Both the position numbers and the translations under genes were made by a program. A model generated the notes under the pieces. That model was not told the DNA's origin and did no database searches. It saw only the letters and a list, made by a program, of their open reading frames with translations. Below are positions 40,762 through 51,748 of a stretch of DNA of 64,000 nt, piece after piece; the stretch's first letter is position 1, and each line of letters starts with the position of its first letter. Origin of the DNA: Nitrosopumilus sp. (lineage in GTDB: Archaea; Thermoproteota; Nitrososphaeria; Nitrososphaerales; Nitrosopumilaceae); NCBI GenBank assembly GCA_965203315.1, contig OZ241857.1, positions 1,056,001 through 1,120,000 of the forward strand, written 5' to 3'.

Positions 40762-41814
40762 CTATGTCTTCTTTAACGTCTTTTCTATATTCATGTTTAG
40801 TACAATCTCCGATATATCACTTGCGTACTCTGAGACTCTTCGTATATTCTCAGACATTCGTCTAACTCTATAGATCTCTTCATCTTCTGTTAATGTCTTT
40901 GCTACATCTCTAACTCTCTTTTCAAACTTGCTTATCTCATATGTCTGCTTTATGGTATTCTCTGCATGTAAGTAATCTTCTTTGAATAATGCAAGACATG
41001 CTTCGTCTAAAACCAAGAGACAAAAGTTATTCATATCGTCTAATCTCTTCCAGACATCCATCTTTATCGGTTTTTTGAACTCTAAGAGATCTTGAGCAAT
41101 ACGTGTAGCATGATCTCCGGCTCGTTCTATATTCTTTACAATTAATCTATATCCCAAACAGTCTCTTGCATTTCGAAAGCCCATCTCGTTTAACATATGT
41201 TCATTTTGAATTGCAATCTTTAGTTGTCGAATTATATAAAATCCAAATCGGTCTACCTCATCATCCGTATTTATCACCTCTTGAGCCAGATCAATATTAT
41301 TCTCTTTTATTGCAGTTAGAGCATCTCTTGACATTGATTTTGCTAGATGGATCATTCGCTTGAACGCACCGTCAACAGACAGCTCAAATAGGTTCACCAG
41401 CACTTGAATAGTAACTCCATCGTTCGAGTCTGAGATGATCTCAGATCCCATGAGTAATCGTTTCACTGCTTCTTTGATAGTCTTTCTTTGATTAGGACCA
41501 AATCTCCCATTCTTTGGCTTTATGTGTAGTGTACTAAAACCTAAAAAGTACAGTGATACCAGTCTTCGAATAGTCGATGATGGATCAGCATCTGCAGTAA
41601 TCTCTACAGTTGCATCATCTTTCTTTCGTGTACGTGTATCGAGTTTTGGTGGATAAATCTCCAATACCGACGAGTCTCTTCTGATCATCTTGATCTGTTC
41701 TCCCTTTTTTAGACCCACATCCATAATCCATTGTTTAGGCAATGAAACTATATAGGAAGATTTACCGGTAAATTGTATCTTTCTAGTCTCTTCTCTATCT
41801 ACCATAAATACCAC
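40762..41814 (-). CDS. phoU: Phosphate uptake regulator (AbrB + PhoU domains)
   Basis: [34 protein letters not shown]. Confidence 0.9.
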   Translation of the reverse strand: MVFMVDREETRKIQFTGKSSYIVSLPKQWIMDVGLKKGEQIKMIRRDSSVLEIYPPKLDTRTRKKDDATVEITADADPSSTIRRLVSLYFLGFSTLHIKPKNGRFGPNQRKTIKEAVKRLLMGSEIISDSNDGVTIQVLVNLFELSVDGAFKRMIHLAKSMSRDALTAIKENNIDLAQEVINTDDEVDRFGFYIIRQLKIAIQNEHMLNEMGFRNARDCLGYRLIVKNIERAGDHATRIAQDLLEFKKPIKMDVWKRLDDMNNFCLLVLDEACLALFKEDYLHAENTIKQTYEISKFEKRVRDVAKTLTEDEEIYRVRRMSENIRRVSEYASDISEIVLNMNIEKTLKKT

Positions 41815-41986
41815 AAATAATCTGTATCTATATAGGTTGACTATAATGTATTGGTACTGTGCTATTTTAGATTCTACTTTATAGTATTCTTGTCGGGGAA
41901 TGTCAGAGTACCTCTTGCATTATTATGATGAGATTTTTTTACTTGGAGTATCATACTAGGTGACATAGATACAAGATATTTCATTA

Positions 41987-42164
41987 GGTTCTTTTAACTT
42001 AACGGGGGGTCGATAGTTTTCATGCAACATTCTCTAAAAATTTTACAAGTTATGAAAAATGGTTAGAACATCCATTGTAGATTATTGCTGTTTTAAGTTG
42101 CATACAGTACGTTTCTTGAAATATCTGCATCTTAATCTTAACCCCCCGATAAGTTAAAAGAACC
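41987..42164. mobile_element. MITE family B (178 bp)
   Basis: 24-bp TIR GGTTCTTTTAACTTAwCGGGGGGT; perfect 8-bp TSD TTTCATTA (41979-41986, 42165-42172). Confidence 0.88.
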
Positions 42165-42169
42165 TTTCA

Positions 42170-45073
42170 TTATACGCCAAATACTGCAAGAATCTTGGAT
42201 ACCAGTACTGTGTCACTGCCGTCTTTGCCATAACATACTTGTGTATTGTCCAACAGTCTATTTGTGGAACTGTCAAAGTTGGTGTCGGTACACTTTGGTA
42301 TGTCGACTAGATTACTGCCTGTATCGTTGATATAGTAGAATGGTACTTTATCATCAGTATCTGCAAATCTTACATAGATCTCTTTGCTGAGATCTAGTTT
42401 GCCATCAAATGATATATCTGGAGCTTGATCACACCTACTAGGATCATTGGCTTGTCTAAATTGAAGGTATAGTGTATCTATGTGATCTCTAGTTATGTCT
42501 ATTTGACCGGCTTTTAAATCGCCAACATAGCAGTAAGAGTCACCCCGAGGAGTGAATGATTTACCAATTATCTCTGTGCCACGAAATATCGTAATATCTG
42601 CTCTATCGTTGATATGATATGCAGTACCCACATCCTGATAGTATGTGTCTATTCGTATCTGATTGTTGCTACCGGTGTATAGATCGATGGTTCTATGAGT
42701 ATTGTCAAACAGCATAGATTCCGGTACTGCTATCGACATAGTTGGTACAATTATCGGTACGGGTACAATTGGTACATCCGTCTCTGTATTTGTAGTGTCA
42801 TCTGTGTCGGATACACCAAAGACTGTGAGAATCTTTGATATTATTATGGTGTCCACACCATCCTTGCCATAACATATCTCTGTATTGCCAATCAAAGTAT
42901 TGGTTGTACTATCAAAATTGGTACTAGTACATTTTGGTATGTTTATTCGATTGTCTGTATAGTAGAATGGTACTTGGCCATCAGTACCTACAAACCTCAC
43001 ATAGACCTCTTTGGTAAGAGACAGACTATCATCAAATGTAATATCTGGTGAACCATTACATCTGTTAGGATCATTGGCTTGTCTAAATTGTATGGATAAA
43101 GTATTGTTGTGTTGTACAGATACATCTTGGTCTTGACCAACGAATAGATCACCCACATAACAGTACTGTCCACCACTAGCTGTAAACTGTTTATTAGTGA
43201 TCCACGTATCTCTAAACATGGTAATGTATGCTTTATCATCGATATAGTACGCGGTACCGCCATCTTGATAAGCGGTATCTATTCGTAGTCTGTCGCTTAT
43301 ACCATGGTATAGGTCGATGGTTCTATCTGTGTTGTCATACTTGTACGAATCTGGTAATGTTATCTGTATTGTAGGCACATCTGTTGCTGTGTTATTAGGT
43401 ATAGTCGGTACTGGCTTAAGTTTAGGAGGTACCGGAGGTTTAACCTCTGGAATGGTTGGCTCACCAACTTGATAATCTATTGTACTTGTAGCAAATGTAT
43501 ATGTTGTATTGTATATACCAGCTAGTTTACGATCTTGTTTTGCTGTACCGTATACGATAATATTGTATGAACCTGTCGGCTCTAGTGGTATGTCTAGAGT
43601 ATACTGGTTGGTGATACGATCAGTTGTGTTACCCCAGAATGAATTACCGGTATCGATATCAGTTACAACCCAGTTTAGCTGCTTTGGTTTATCTTGTTTT
43701 GTAAATTTGTAATCAAGCTCTAGACCGTCTGTCGAATTTGTGATGGTCTTTGGTGACATGTCAAATATGTGAATGATATTCTTGTTGGGCTTTACCTTGC
43801 CGTATTTGCATAGAGTGTCATCAACTAGTGATATAGTGTCGGTACTGACATTTGGAACATAAATAGTGTATGTTACTCCAGCACGATGGAAAAGCTTAGA
43901 GATTGCTGTTTCCTTAGGAAGACTTGGTAGAGACAATACTGATACTCTATTATTTGGTAGATGAGGTTCGTGTGTGAAGCCACCTCCCTCAACATCTATA
44001 CCTTTGTGAAAGTATAATGGTAACGGGCCACTAGCAGGCGGTAAGCCGGTTCTAATATCTATGAACGATGACGAGTGACTATCAGAAAATACATGAGATT
44101 TGTATATGGTATCACTAGTAGAGAATATATGCAATTTGACGGAAATGCTATCTTCGTATGTGTCAAATAGGCTGTTTGGTATGATGCTTTGATAGAATAC
44201 GTGTGTAGTGTTTTGACTAGTACGAGTTAGATCTAATGATACCGATCTAGAGCTAGAATCAGAGGTCAAAAATAAGAGTACTCGACTAGATGTAGTGTCG
44301 TGCTTCTTTTCTAATGTATAGTTTATAACAATATTGCCACTAGGCGATATTGAAATCGTATGATCAAATAGGTGAATCTGAGCAGTACATTTTGGCATCA
44401 TTGAAAATAATTCATCAATATTATTGTTAGAATCAAAGAATTCTATACTATCAATTGTAATAGGCACAGTACTGTTTACAATACGTACATACTGTTCATG
44501 CCCAATGACTTGACCAATATGTTCTAATGGTATATAGGGATAAATAGCAGGAATTGAAATACTATTATCCCTCGAGATACTTGGATATTCAAATAATGCT
44601 GAAACTTCAGTACGTAGGGAAAGTTCCGGAATTTTATCTACTGGGACTAGTGCGTATATGTATAGTTGAGAAGTCTTATTTAACGTAAGTATGTCAAGGG
44701 CATTAATTGTCTCTAGGTATTTCAATAATGATTGTTCATTGCCACTAGGCGACACGTAGATACCAAAATATGTGATATCTATGTCCAAGTCAAGTTTCTT
44801 TTTTGGTGTAGCTTTTACATGCCAGTCATGTTGTATATATTTATCCATGGCGTTGTATACTTTATCTCCTTTCTCTGAAGTTTTTTTAATCAAATCTAGA
44901 ATTTTTTTATAAAAAGCGTCGTTTTTATCACTAGGACTAAACTTCATATCATTGGTGTAAAAAAACTTGTTTGGATCACCCTCATCCGGGGATTGATGTG
45001 CAGAGACATCAACTGTTAAGAATGGTATAAAGACTAAGAGCGATACAGCAAATACAAGACAACTTTTGATCAC
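42170..45073 (-). CDS. Large secreted protein: subtilase-prodomain-like N-terminus, no protease domain, 2 C-terminal copies of the unrecognised domain
   Basis: Signal peptide; FYKKILDLI...LLKYLETINA..YIYALVPVDKIPELS; two IPKCT..CYGKDGxDT..SKILxVFGV units. Confidence 0.8.
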   Translation of the reverse strand: MIKSCLVFAVSLLVFIPFLTVDVSAHQSPDEGDPNKFFYTNDMKFSPSDKNDAFYKKILDLIKKTSEKGDKVYNAMDKYIQHDWHVKATPKKKLDLDIDITYFGIYVSPSGNEQSLLKYLETINALDILTLNKTSQLYIYALVPVDKIPELSLRTEVSALFEYPSISRDNSISIPAIYPYIPLEHIGQVIGHEQYVRIVNSTVPITIDSIEFFDSNNNIDELFSMMPKCTAQIHLFDHTISISPSGNIVINYTLEKKHDTTSSRVLLFLTSDSSSRSVSLDLTRTSQNTTHVFYQSIIPNSLFDTYEDSISVKLHIFSTSDTIYKSHVFSDSHSSSFIDIRTGLPPASGPLPLYFHKGIDVEGGGFTHEPHLPNNRVSVLSLPSLPKETAISKLFHRAGVTYTIYVPNVSTDTISLVDDTLCKYGKVKPNKNIIHIFDMSPKTITNSTDGLELDYKFTKQDKPKQLNWVVTDIDTGNSFWGNTTDRITNQYTLDIPLEPTGSYNIIVYGTAKQDRKLAGIYNTTYTFATSTIDYQVGEPTIPEVKPPVPPKLKPVPTIPNNTATDVPTIQITLPDSYKYDNTDRTIDLYHGISDRLRIDTAYQDGGTAYYIDDKAYITMFRDTWITNKQFTASGGQYCYVGDLFVGQDQDVSVQHNNTLSIQFRQANDPNRCNGSPDITFDDSLSLTKEVYVRFVGTDGQVPFYYTDNRINIPKCTSTNFDSTTNTLIGNTEICYGKDGVDTIIISKILTVFGVSDTDDTTNTETDVPIVPVPIIVPTMSIAVPESMLFDNTHRTIDLYTGSNNQIRIDTYYQDVGTAYHINDRADITIFRGTEIIGKSFTPRGDSYCYVGDLKAGQIDITRDHIDTLYLQFRQANDPSRCDQAPDISFDGKLDLSKEIYVRFADTDDKVPFYYINDTGSNLVDIPKCTDTNFDSSTNRLLDNTQVCYGKDGSDTVLVSKILAVFGV

Positions 45074-45126
45074 ATCTTGGACTTAGTAAACATTCATTTA
45101 AATAAGTTATGTACATGTAAATGTAT

Positions 45127-46134
45127 TGTCTTAGACGGAAATCATTTCACATATAAGTCAAGATCTGCCCATTTTGGGTCTTTTCTAATCTCAGCACTAG
45201 CTTGTTTTGCTCTAAAAGCCATGAGCGGTGTTTCTCCGTTATCGATATCTAATGCAAAGTGCGGTCTTTTTTCATTGTAATGACTAATGTATTCACCAAT
45301 TCTGGCATGATGTTCAACCTCATTTTCAAATGTTCCAAAGAATCTCTCTATCTTGCCATTGGTCTGTGGATGTCCAACTCTGGCACGAATGTGTTTGATT
45401 CCCTGTTCTGCCAGTCTCATCTCAAATTTGGATATTCCCTTTTTCTTGACCTCTGACTTGCATAGAACTATATCCCACGATCTGTGAGTATTGCTTTTGG
45501 TTTTCCGTGATTTTTGATTGCTGCATCTAATACTGCAAGTGCGTTCTCTGTTGTTGCATGATCAAACACGCCGTATCCAACTACAAACCTAGAAGCATCG
45601 TCTAGATAGGCGATTAACCATCTGCCATCATCTAGTAGTTTATAGTCAGCATGCCATAGTAAATTAGAGAATTCACGCTCATATCGTACCCATTTGCGCT
45701 GTTGACTCTTTTTTGGTTCTCGTCTAGATAGACCTTCATCTCGCAATATGTGATATATGGTATGATAGGAAATATATTCCCGTGGAATCTTTTATCTCGT
45801 CTTTTATGCTGGTTGTTGCAAGATGAACATCTTGTCGTGCAGTTAGTACAGCAAAATACTCTAGTCTACATGGAAGACTTTCTTGGGCCTACCCATTGGT
45901 CTTGGATGTATCATTAGATTGGTTCCATGTACTTGATCGTGCCCGCAATTTTTTAATCCAAATTGTAGATATGCCCATTCTTTGTGCAATTGTGGCGTGC
46001 TTGGTGCCTTTACGTTTTTCTCGTATGATGTATCGTACCTTTTTCTCATCTAGTTTGTGCATTTCGTGTCTATGTTTACACGCTATATGTCCCAACATCT
46101 CTTACCCACACACCTTCATTTCCAGTGCAAGACA
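45127..46134 (-). pseudogene. Decayed IS481-family element
   Basis: Fragments RYEREFSNLLWHADYK, YLDDASR, ILTDRG, HPQTNGKIER; ends TGTCTTAGACGGAAAT / ATTTCCAGTGCAAGACA. Confidence 0.85.
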
Positions 46135-46392
46135 GATTGTGTTTCTATTACGATCCATTTTCATGGGTATACTATTTGTACAACACACATGTGTAGACTG
46201 TATGCGTATTTCTTACATCATACTCACGTTTTAAGGTACAATAAAACACAGGTGTAATTTCTAGAGACAAATTGATTCATTGCTATCGTGTTTGATGATT
46301 GGGCATGGGCACTCTCAATAATACGCATACAGTCTTGTGATTCAAACGAGATTTGCTCATACTTATAACCTACATTAATATGAGATTCCATA

Positions 46393-49300
46393 GTGATATC
46401 GTATGCAATACCGTTACTCACATTAGCTATTTTAGTACCAAGTGTGATCTTTGTCCAAGATATTGATTCCACAGATGCATTTGCAAACATTGGAGACGAA
46501 TACAAATTTGATCCTAGATTCTACGAAAAGATACTAGGCATCATAGAGAGCAATGGCGAAGTTCATGGAGCATCTGCCGATTCAGTATCTGACGAACAGA
46601 GATACTATAATGTGATTCTAGTTGTTAGTAGAGGTTATGGTGACGCATCAGATGAGATTGTAGCAGAGAATAAAAATATGTTGGTAAAGCGTCTAGAGTC
46701 GATCGGAGCTAGATATATCTATCGAGCTAGTTCTCTATCGTTTGTAACTGCTTCAGTTCCAACACATGAGATTCCAGGACTCTCATCATACAACGAAATC
46801 TTCAAGATAGGCGATGGTGAGTTATCAATGAGACCTCTAGTCGACCAAGCAAGAATAACAATCAAAGCCACAGACATGGATCTGAATCAGCTAAATTTTC
46901 AAGTCAATGGTAGTGGCGTAGTGGTTGCGGTGGTAGATTTTGGAATAAACAGCATATATCTAAATGATAAAGTTCGTGAGAGGATATACTGTCCAAATGG
47001 AATATGTTGGACAAACAATGGTACAATCATAGGAACTCCTACATATCCGATTGGTTTATTGAATTCTACAAATGCTACACATGGCACACAAGTCGCACAA
47101 GTGATTGCAGCATCTGGGATGTCTAGTAATAATGGAATAGCACAAGGAGTAACATTATTGGATGCGTTGACAGTATACTACAATGCCACATTGTCAGAAC
47201 ATGCCTACATAATTTACAGAAATGGTAGCGCATCTTTTGCAGAATCGCTTGACTGGTCAGTAACACACGGTGCAGATATTGCAAGTATTAGTATTGGACC
47301 GTCAGGAGAATGTAATGCATACCCAGCATCAAAAACACTGAATTTGATCTTAAATGAGGCAGTTGATCAAGGAGTACTAGTTGTCTCCGCTGCTGGAAAC
47401 GAGTCATTTCTTACCGGTTTTATCGGTAATTTAGCTTTTCTGAACAATCGTACATATAGAACAGTAGGCGATCCGAGTTGTGCGTACAACATAATCACTG
47501 TAGGCGGAATAGATGATCGAGTTGATCCAATCTCAATGTATAATCATTCAAGTCGTGGACCAGCAAATAGTACTGGACCAGTAAATCCTGACATGCCAAT
47601 ACTAAAGCCAGAGATTGTGGCACCTGCAACAGAGATTGTAGTTTTGTATAATTCTACACATCTAGCTCGTGCTACAGGCACTAGTGTTGCAGCACCTCAA
47701 GTCAGTGCAGTAGCTGCACTGATGTTAGAGACAAACCCCAACCTCACACCCACCGAAGTCAAAACATTACTCTTACTCGGAGCAAACTGGACTGCCACTA
47801 TTCCGTGTACTTCACACCAGTTTGAACAAAACAATACCAATGACTGCTCTTTTGCAAGACAACCCTCGGATCTAAATGAAGCAAATAATTCTACATCACT
47901 AAGCATACTAAATAACGTGGGTTTTGGAATACTAGATGCTGTAAAGTCTCTAAGATATGTTCAATCATCGTCTCACATGATATCTGATCATATAAGTACA
48001 AACTCGACTAAAAAATACGAGTTTAACGTTACAAATACAACAGAACCCGTTAAAGTCATTCTGTCGTGGTTGGTTCACCCACATGGAAATATACGAGATC
48101 AGATAGGTAGTACGACTCCCGCACCCTTTACAAATCTTGACTTTGTTTTAGAGTGTGGACAGCAAAAAGTACATGCAAACTCGTCACATCAGATAAACGA
48201 GTTTGCAGTGTTTGTACCGTCTCAGACAGGCAAGTGTGTCATAACAGTTACGAGTCCACTACAAAATGTAACTAGTTCGACACAAAACTATACTCTAGTG
48301 AGCACATATGAACTAGGACCATTCATACCTACCCAAAACATCGTAAATAAAACCACACCAACAGGTACAACACTCACAATAACGCTACCAGAACCAACTG
48401 AACACACAGATGCGGTTATCGGCCTTATGACATATCCAGATAACCGCATAAAGTTCAATACTCAAGAGAACACAATAGGCAATGGCACTAGATACTATGA
48501 CGAATATATCTCTGGGGATGGTATTATAATCCATCACGAAACAGAGATACTAGACAAGACGTTCACATATACAAGAGATCATTACTGTTACGAGACTATT
48601 GTACTGGTAGGAAATCTAGACACCATACCAAAAAATCATACAACTGCCCTATGGCTCGAGTTTGGAAGAGATTCCAAGCCAAAGAGATGTGACAACGCTC
48701 CAGACATATCATTTGATGGTAAACTGTTACTCAATAAAGAGGTCTATGTGCAATTTAATGATACAGAGGGTCAAACTCCATTTTATCATATAAGCGGTAC
48801 AAAAAGTATTGTACCCATACCAAAGTGTACCGACACCAACTTTAATTCCACTCACAATACACTAAAAAGAGGTACCGAGATATGTTACGGCAAGAACGGT
48901 ACAGACACCATCATAGTATCCAAGATACTTGCAATCTTTGGTGTAACCGACATTAAACAGATAACAATACATGACTCTGTACCATTTCACCTGACCGGTA
49001 CAATCGACCTCCATACAGCTCATAACAAGATAAGAATCGATACACACTATGAGGATACAGGCACTATATACCATATCAATGATCAAGCAGACATTACAAT
49101 ATATCGAGATACAGAGATAGTTGGCAAAAAATTCACTAACGATCCAATTGATGTCTATTGTTATGTTGGAGATTTACTAGTGAATCACACAGTACAACAA
49201 ACCCGTACACTAGAGATAAACTTTAGACAGTCTAGTGATCAGACTAGATGTGATACTGCTCCAGTCATCACATTTGATGATAAACTAGATCTCAGCAAAG

Positions 49301-50835
49301 AGATCTATGTAAGATTTGTAGGTACACATGATCATGTACCATTCTACATGAACGGAACTAGTAATATTGCAATACCAAAGTGTACCGACACCAACTTTGA
49401 TGACACAACCAATACTCTGATTGGTAATACAGAGATATGTTATGGTGAAGATGGTGACGATACAGTACTAGTATCCAAGATACTTGCAGTCTTTGGTGTA
49501 ATGACAAAGACTCCAATATCATCAAACGGTACCATTGATTCAGTGATGACGATACCTCCAAACGATCTTCCAAACAATACATTGTTTATGAGAATAGTAT
49601 TTGTGCCAGGAGATAACGGCACCATAGAGATCGATGGTGCAGAGTATAACAAGAAAGGAAAGATCATTAAAAATGGTACGAGATTTACTGACTCTCACAC
49701 GTACAGTATAGGTGACGTATACATCACTCGTACAGATATCATTAATGTAGATACCAGTGCATTTGTACACAAAGATGGCATATACTGTTATACCAGCGTC
49801 TTTACTAGAGTTCCCCAAGATCGTCTAGATATCACGATACCATTAAACGAATCAGCTGCTATGGGATTTCAATTCGCAAAAGATCCTAATGAGAAATATC
49901 CTGTAGGTGATGTTTACTATAGCTGTGCTGATATACCTGACATATCTTTTAGTGGCAAGATACTTCTCGATAGAGAGATTCGTGTACAACTAGATGATGT
50001 TGTGGGTAGAGATCCATTCTATTACGTAAACGGTACAGATACCGTTGTACCTATACCGAAATGTACTGCTGCAAACTTTGACAACACCACTCAGACGCTA
50101 AAAGGCAACACATCTGCATGTTATGGCAAGTACGATAACAACATCATAATCATAACAAAGATGATGAATATCTTTGGTACTACAACAGAGAAACTAGTCG
50201 CGCCCAAAGTTTCATCTGTACCTGACTTGTTCAACCCAAATGATCCACTTCAAATAGTACAAGACTATACAAATGCTACCCTTTCATATCAAACATTTAG
50301 TATCACTCCACGTGGTCAGACTGCAGATATCAATGTCTATGGCGATAAACGATTTACAAATGCGCCCAATGCACTTCGGCTAGGCGATGTATACATCCAA
50401 TATAGAACAAAGGTTATGGTTGGTACCGACATATTTGATATTAATCAAGGTACGTCTTGTGTGGATGTTGGATTTACTCATGTTATCGATATGCCCTACT
50501 CTGCTACAAAAGGACTGTCCGCAATGGGATTCAACTTTACAAATGCGCCCAACATGCCTCTGTGTACTATTGATCTTGCTAGCTATAACGGTACACTAGT
50601 AACAGACAAAGAGATGTACATAACATTATATCAAAATGCAACTGCACAAGACATATCTCCGTATTATTCCTCGCCACGAGAGGGTGACTCTACCACCAAA
50701 TCGATACCAATGTGTGTCTCTGGCACAAACTTGTACAACACTCAAACCCTGATGACTGGAGCAGATATGTGTTATGGTACATATCAGAATGATATCATCA
50801 TAATAACCAAAAAGTTTGGAGTATATGGTAACTAG
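46393..50835 (+). CDS. Secreted S8 (subtilisin-like) serine protease with 4 C-terminal copies of the unrecognised domain
   Basis: VAVVDFG (Asp), HGTQVA (His), AAGN oxyanion, SSRGP, KPEIVAP, GTSVAAP (Ser). Confidence 0.92.
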   Translation: MISYAIPLLTLAILVPSVIFVQDIDSTDAFANIGDEYKFDPRFYEKILGIIESNGEVHGASADSVSDEQRYYNVILVVSRGYGDASDEIVAENKNMLVKRLESIGARYIYRASSLSFVTASVPTHEIPGLSSYNEIFKIGDGELSMRPLVDQARITIKATDMDLNQLNFQVNGSGVVVAVVDFGINSIYLNDKVRERIYCPNGICWTNNGTIIGTPTYPIGLLNSTNATHGTQVAQVIAASGMSSNNGIAQGVTLLDALTVYYNATLSEHAYIIYRNGSASFAESLDWSVTHGADIASISIGPSGECNAYPASKTLNLILNEAVDQGVLVVSAAGNESFLTGFIGNLAFLNNRTYRTVGDPSCAYNIITVGGIDDRVDPISMYNHSSRGPANSTGPVNPDMPILKPEIVAPATEIVVLYNSTHLARATGTSVAAPQVSAVAALMLETNPNLTPTEVKTLLLLGANWTATIPCTSHQFEQNNTNDCSFARQPSDLNEANNSTSLSILNNVGFGILDAVKSLRYVQSSSHMISDHISTNSTKKYEFNVTNTTEPVKVILSWLVHPHGNIRDQIGSTTPAPFTNLDFVLECGQQKVHANSSHQINEFAVFVPSQTGKCVITVTSPLQNVTSSTQNYTLVSTYELGPFIPTQNIVNKTTPTGTTLTITLPEPTEHTDAVIGLMTYPDNRIKFNTQENTIGNGTRYYDEYISGDGIIIHHETEILDKTFTYTRDHYCYETIVLVGNLDTIPKNHTTALWLEFGRDSKPKRCDNAPDISFDGKLLLNKEVYVQFNDTEGQTPFYHISGTKSIVPIPKCTDTNFNSTHNTLKRGTEICYGKNGTDTIIVSKILAIFGVTDIKQITIHDSVPFHLTGTIDLHTAHNKIRIDTHYEDTGTIYHINDQADITIYRDTEIVGKKFTNDPIDVYCYVGDLLVNHTVQQTRTLEINFRQSSDQTRCDTAPVITFDDKLDLSKEIYVRFVGTHDHVPFYMNGTSNIAIPKCTDTNFDDTTNTLIGNTEICYGEDGDDTVLVSKILAVFGVMTKTPISSNGTIDSVMTIPPNDLPNNTLFMRIVFVPGDNGTIEIDGAEYNKKGKIIKNGTRFTDSHTYSIGDVYITRTDIINVDTSAFVHKDGIYCYTSVFTRVPQDRLDITIPLNESAAMGFQFAKDPNEKYPVGDVYYSCADIPDISFSGKILLDREIRVQLDDVVGRDPFYYVNGTDTVVPIPKCTAANFDNTTQTLKGNTSACYGKYDNNIIIITKMMNIFGTTTEKLVAPKVSSVPDLFNPNDPLQIVQDYTNATLSYQTFSITPRGQTADINVYGDKRFTNAPNALRLGDVYIQYRTKVMVGTDIFDINQGTSCVDVGFTHVIDMPYSATKGLSAMGFNFTNAPNMPLCTIDLASYNGTLVTDKEMYITLYQNATAQDISPYYSSPREGDSTTKSIPMCVSGTNLYNTQTLMTGADMCYGTYQNDIIIITKKFGVYGN

Positions 50836-50882
50836 ATGACACGCCTTTATGATATCATGACTTGGAGATGTTTTGACATATT

Positions 50883-51356
50883 ATGGATCCACGAACAAAG
50901 ATAGAACGTACTCTTGATGCATTATTTGGCGACAGAGTCTCTCGTGGTCTACCCAGAGATATCGAGTTCACATTCTCCCGCAAGACGGGTAGGATACGAA
51001 CTGTACAGTATGAAGGCGAGATCCTTTGTACCTTGAGGATAGATGGCGGACTAGCGTTGAGTCTCAAGTTTGCGCAAATCTTATTGAGACAGCCCAGATT
51101 CAAAGCAAACTGTCTTCAAGTAAGTGATGTTGCAGCACCGTTTGTAAGTGATGGTCGATCTGTATTCTGCAAACATGTCACATGGTGTGGTAAACTGGTC
51201 TGTATATCTGCCGATACGCCTGTACTATACAGAGATCAAGTCATTGCGGTGGGTCGAGCCATGTTGTCATATAACATGATCAATAACTGTACACGAGGCG
51301 TCGCAGTAAAAGTTAGAGATAGTTTAAAAAGTCATACAGATAAATCCCAAGTATGA
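50883..51356 (+). CDS. PUA-domain protein (archaeosine tRNA-guanine transglycosylase C-terminal-like)
   Basis: SRKTGRIR, GRSVFCKHV, AVGRA, GVAVKVR. Confidence 0.8.
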   Translation: MDPRTKIERTLDALFGDRVSRGLPRDIEFTFSRKTGRIRTVQYEGEILCTLRIDGGLALSLKFAQILLRQPRFKANCLQVSDVAAPFVSDGRSVFCKHVTWCGKLVCISADTPVLYRDQVIAVGRAMLSYNMINNCTRGVAVKVRDSLKSHTDKSQV

Positions 51357-51697
51357 TGCGTGGTGGAAATCGCAATACGCGACGAATGATGGACAAGATG
51401 GGTGTAGATGTGAGTGATGTACACAATGTCATAGAGGTAAGAATCAAGACGGACAAGAAAGAGATCATCATAACAAAGCCTACAGTAAGTGAGATGAAGA
51501 CCAAGGGTGAGACGATCTTTACGGTTGCTGGTGGAAGTCAGGAGGAGATGGAGTTAGAGGTTCCCATATTCTCTGATGATGATATCCAGCTAATCTGTCA
51601 GCGAACAGGAGTGGATGTAGAGAGAGCAAATGCTGCTCTAAAAGATGCCAATGGTGATCTTACAACAGCCATAATAGCACTCAAAGAACAGACCTAA
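51353..51697 (+). CDS. nac: Nascent polypeptide-associated complex protein
   Basis: RRMMDKMG, EIIITKPTV; C-terminal UBA DIQLI..TGV...A..AL...GDL..AI. Confidence 0.88.
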   Translation: MMRGGNRNTRRMMDKMGVDVSDVHNVIEVRIKTDKKEIIITKPTVSEMKTKGETIFTVAGGSQEEMELEVPIFSDDDIQLICQRTGVDVERANAALKDANGDLTTAIIALKEQT

Positions 51698-51748
51698 CTG
51701 TACTTGAAATGAATGACTTTTAAGTATGGATTGTCGAGTCTCGGTTAG

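Noticed and set aside
45142-46098. Programmed frameshift or readthrough in the IS481 fragments
   Set aside because: Several stops and shifts, at different positions in the two copies, indicate decay.
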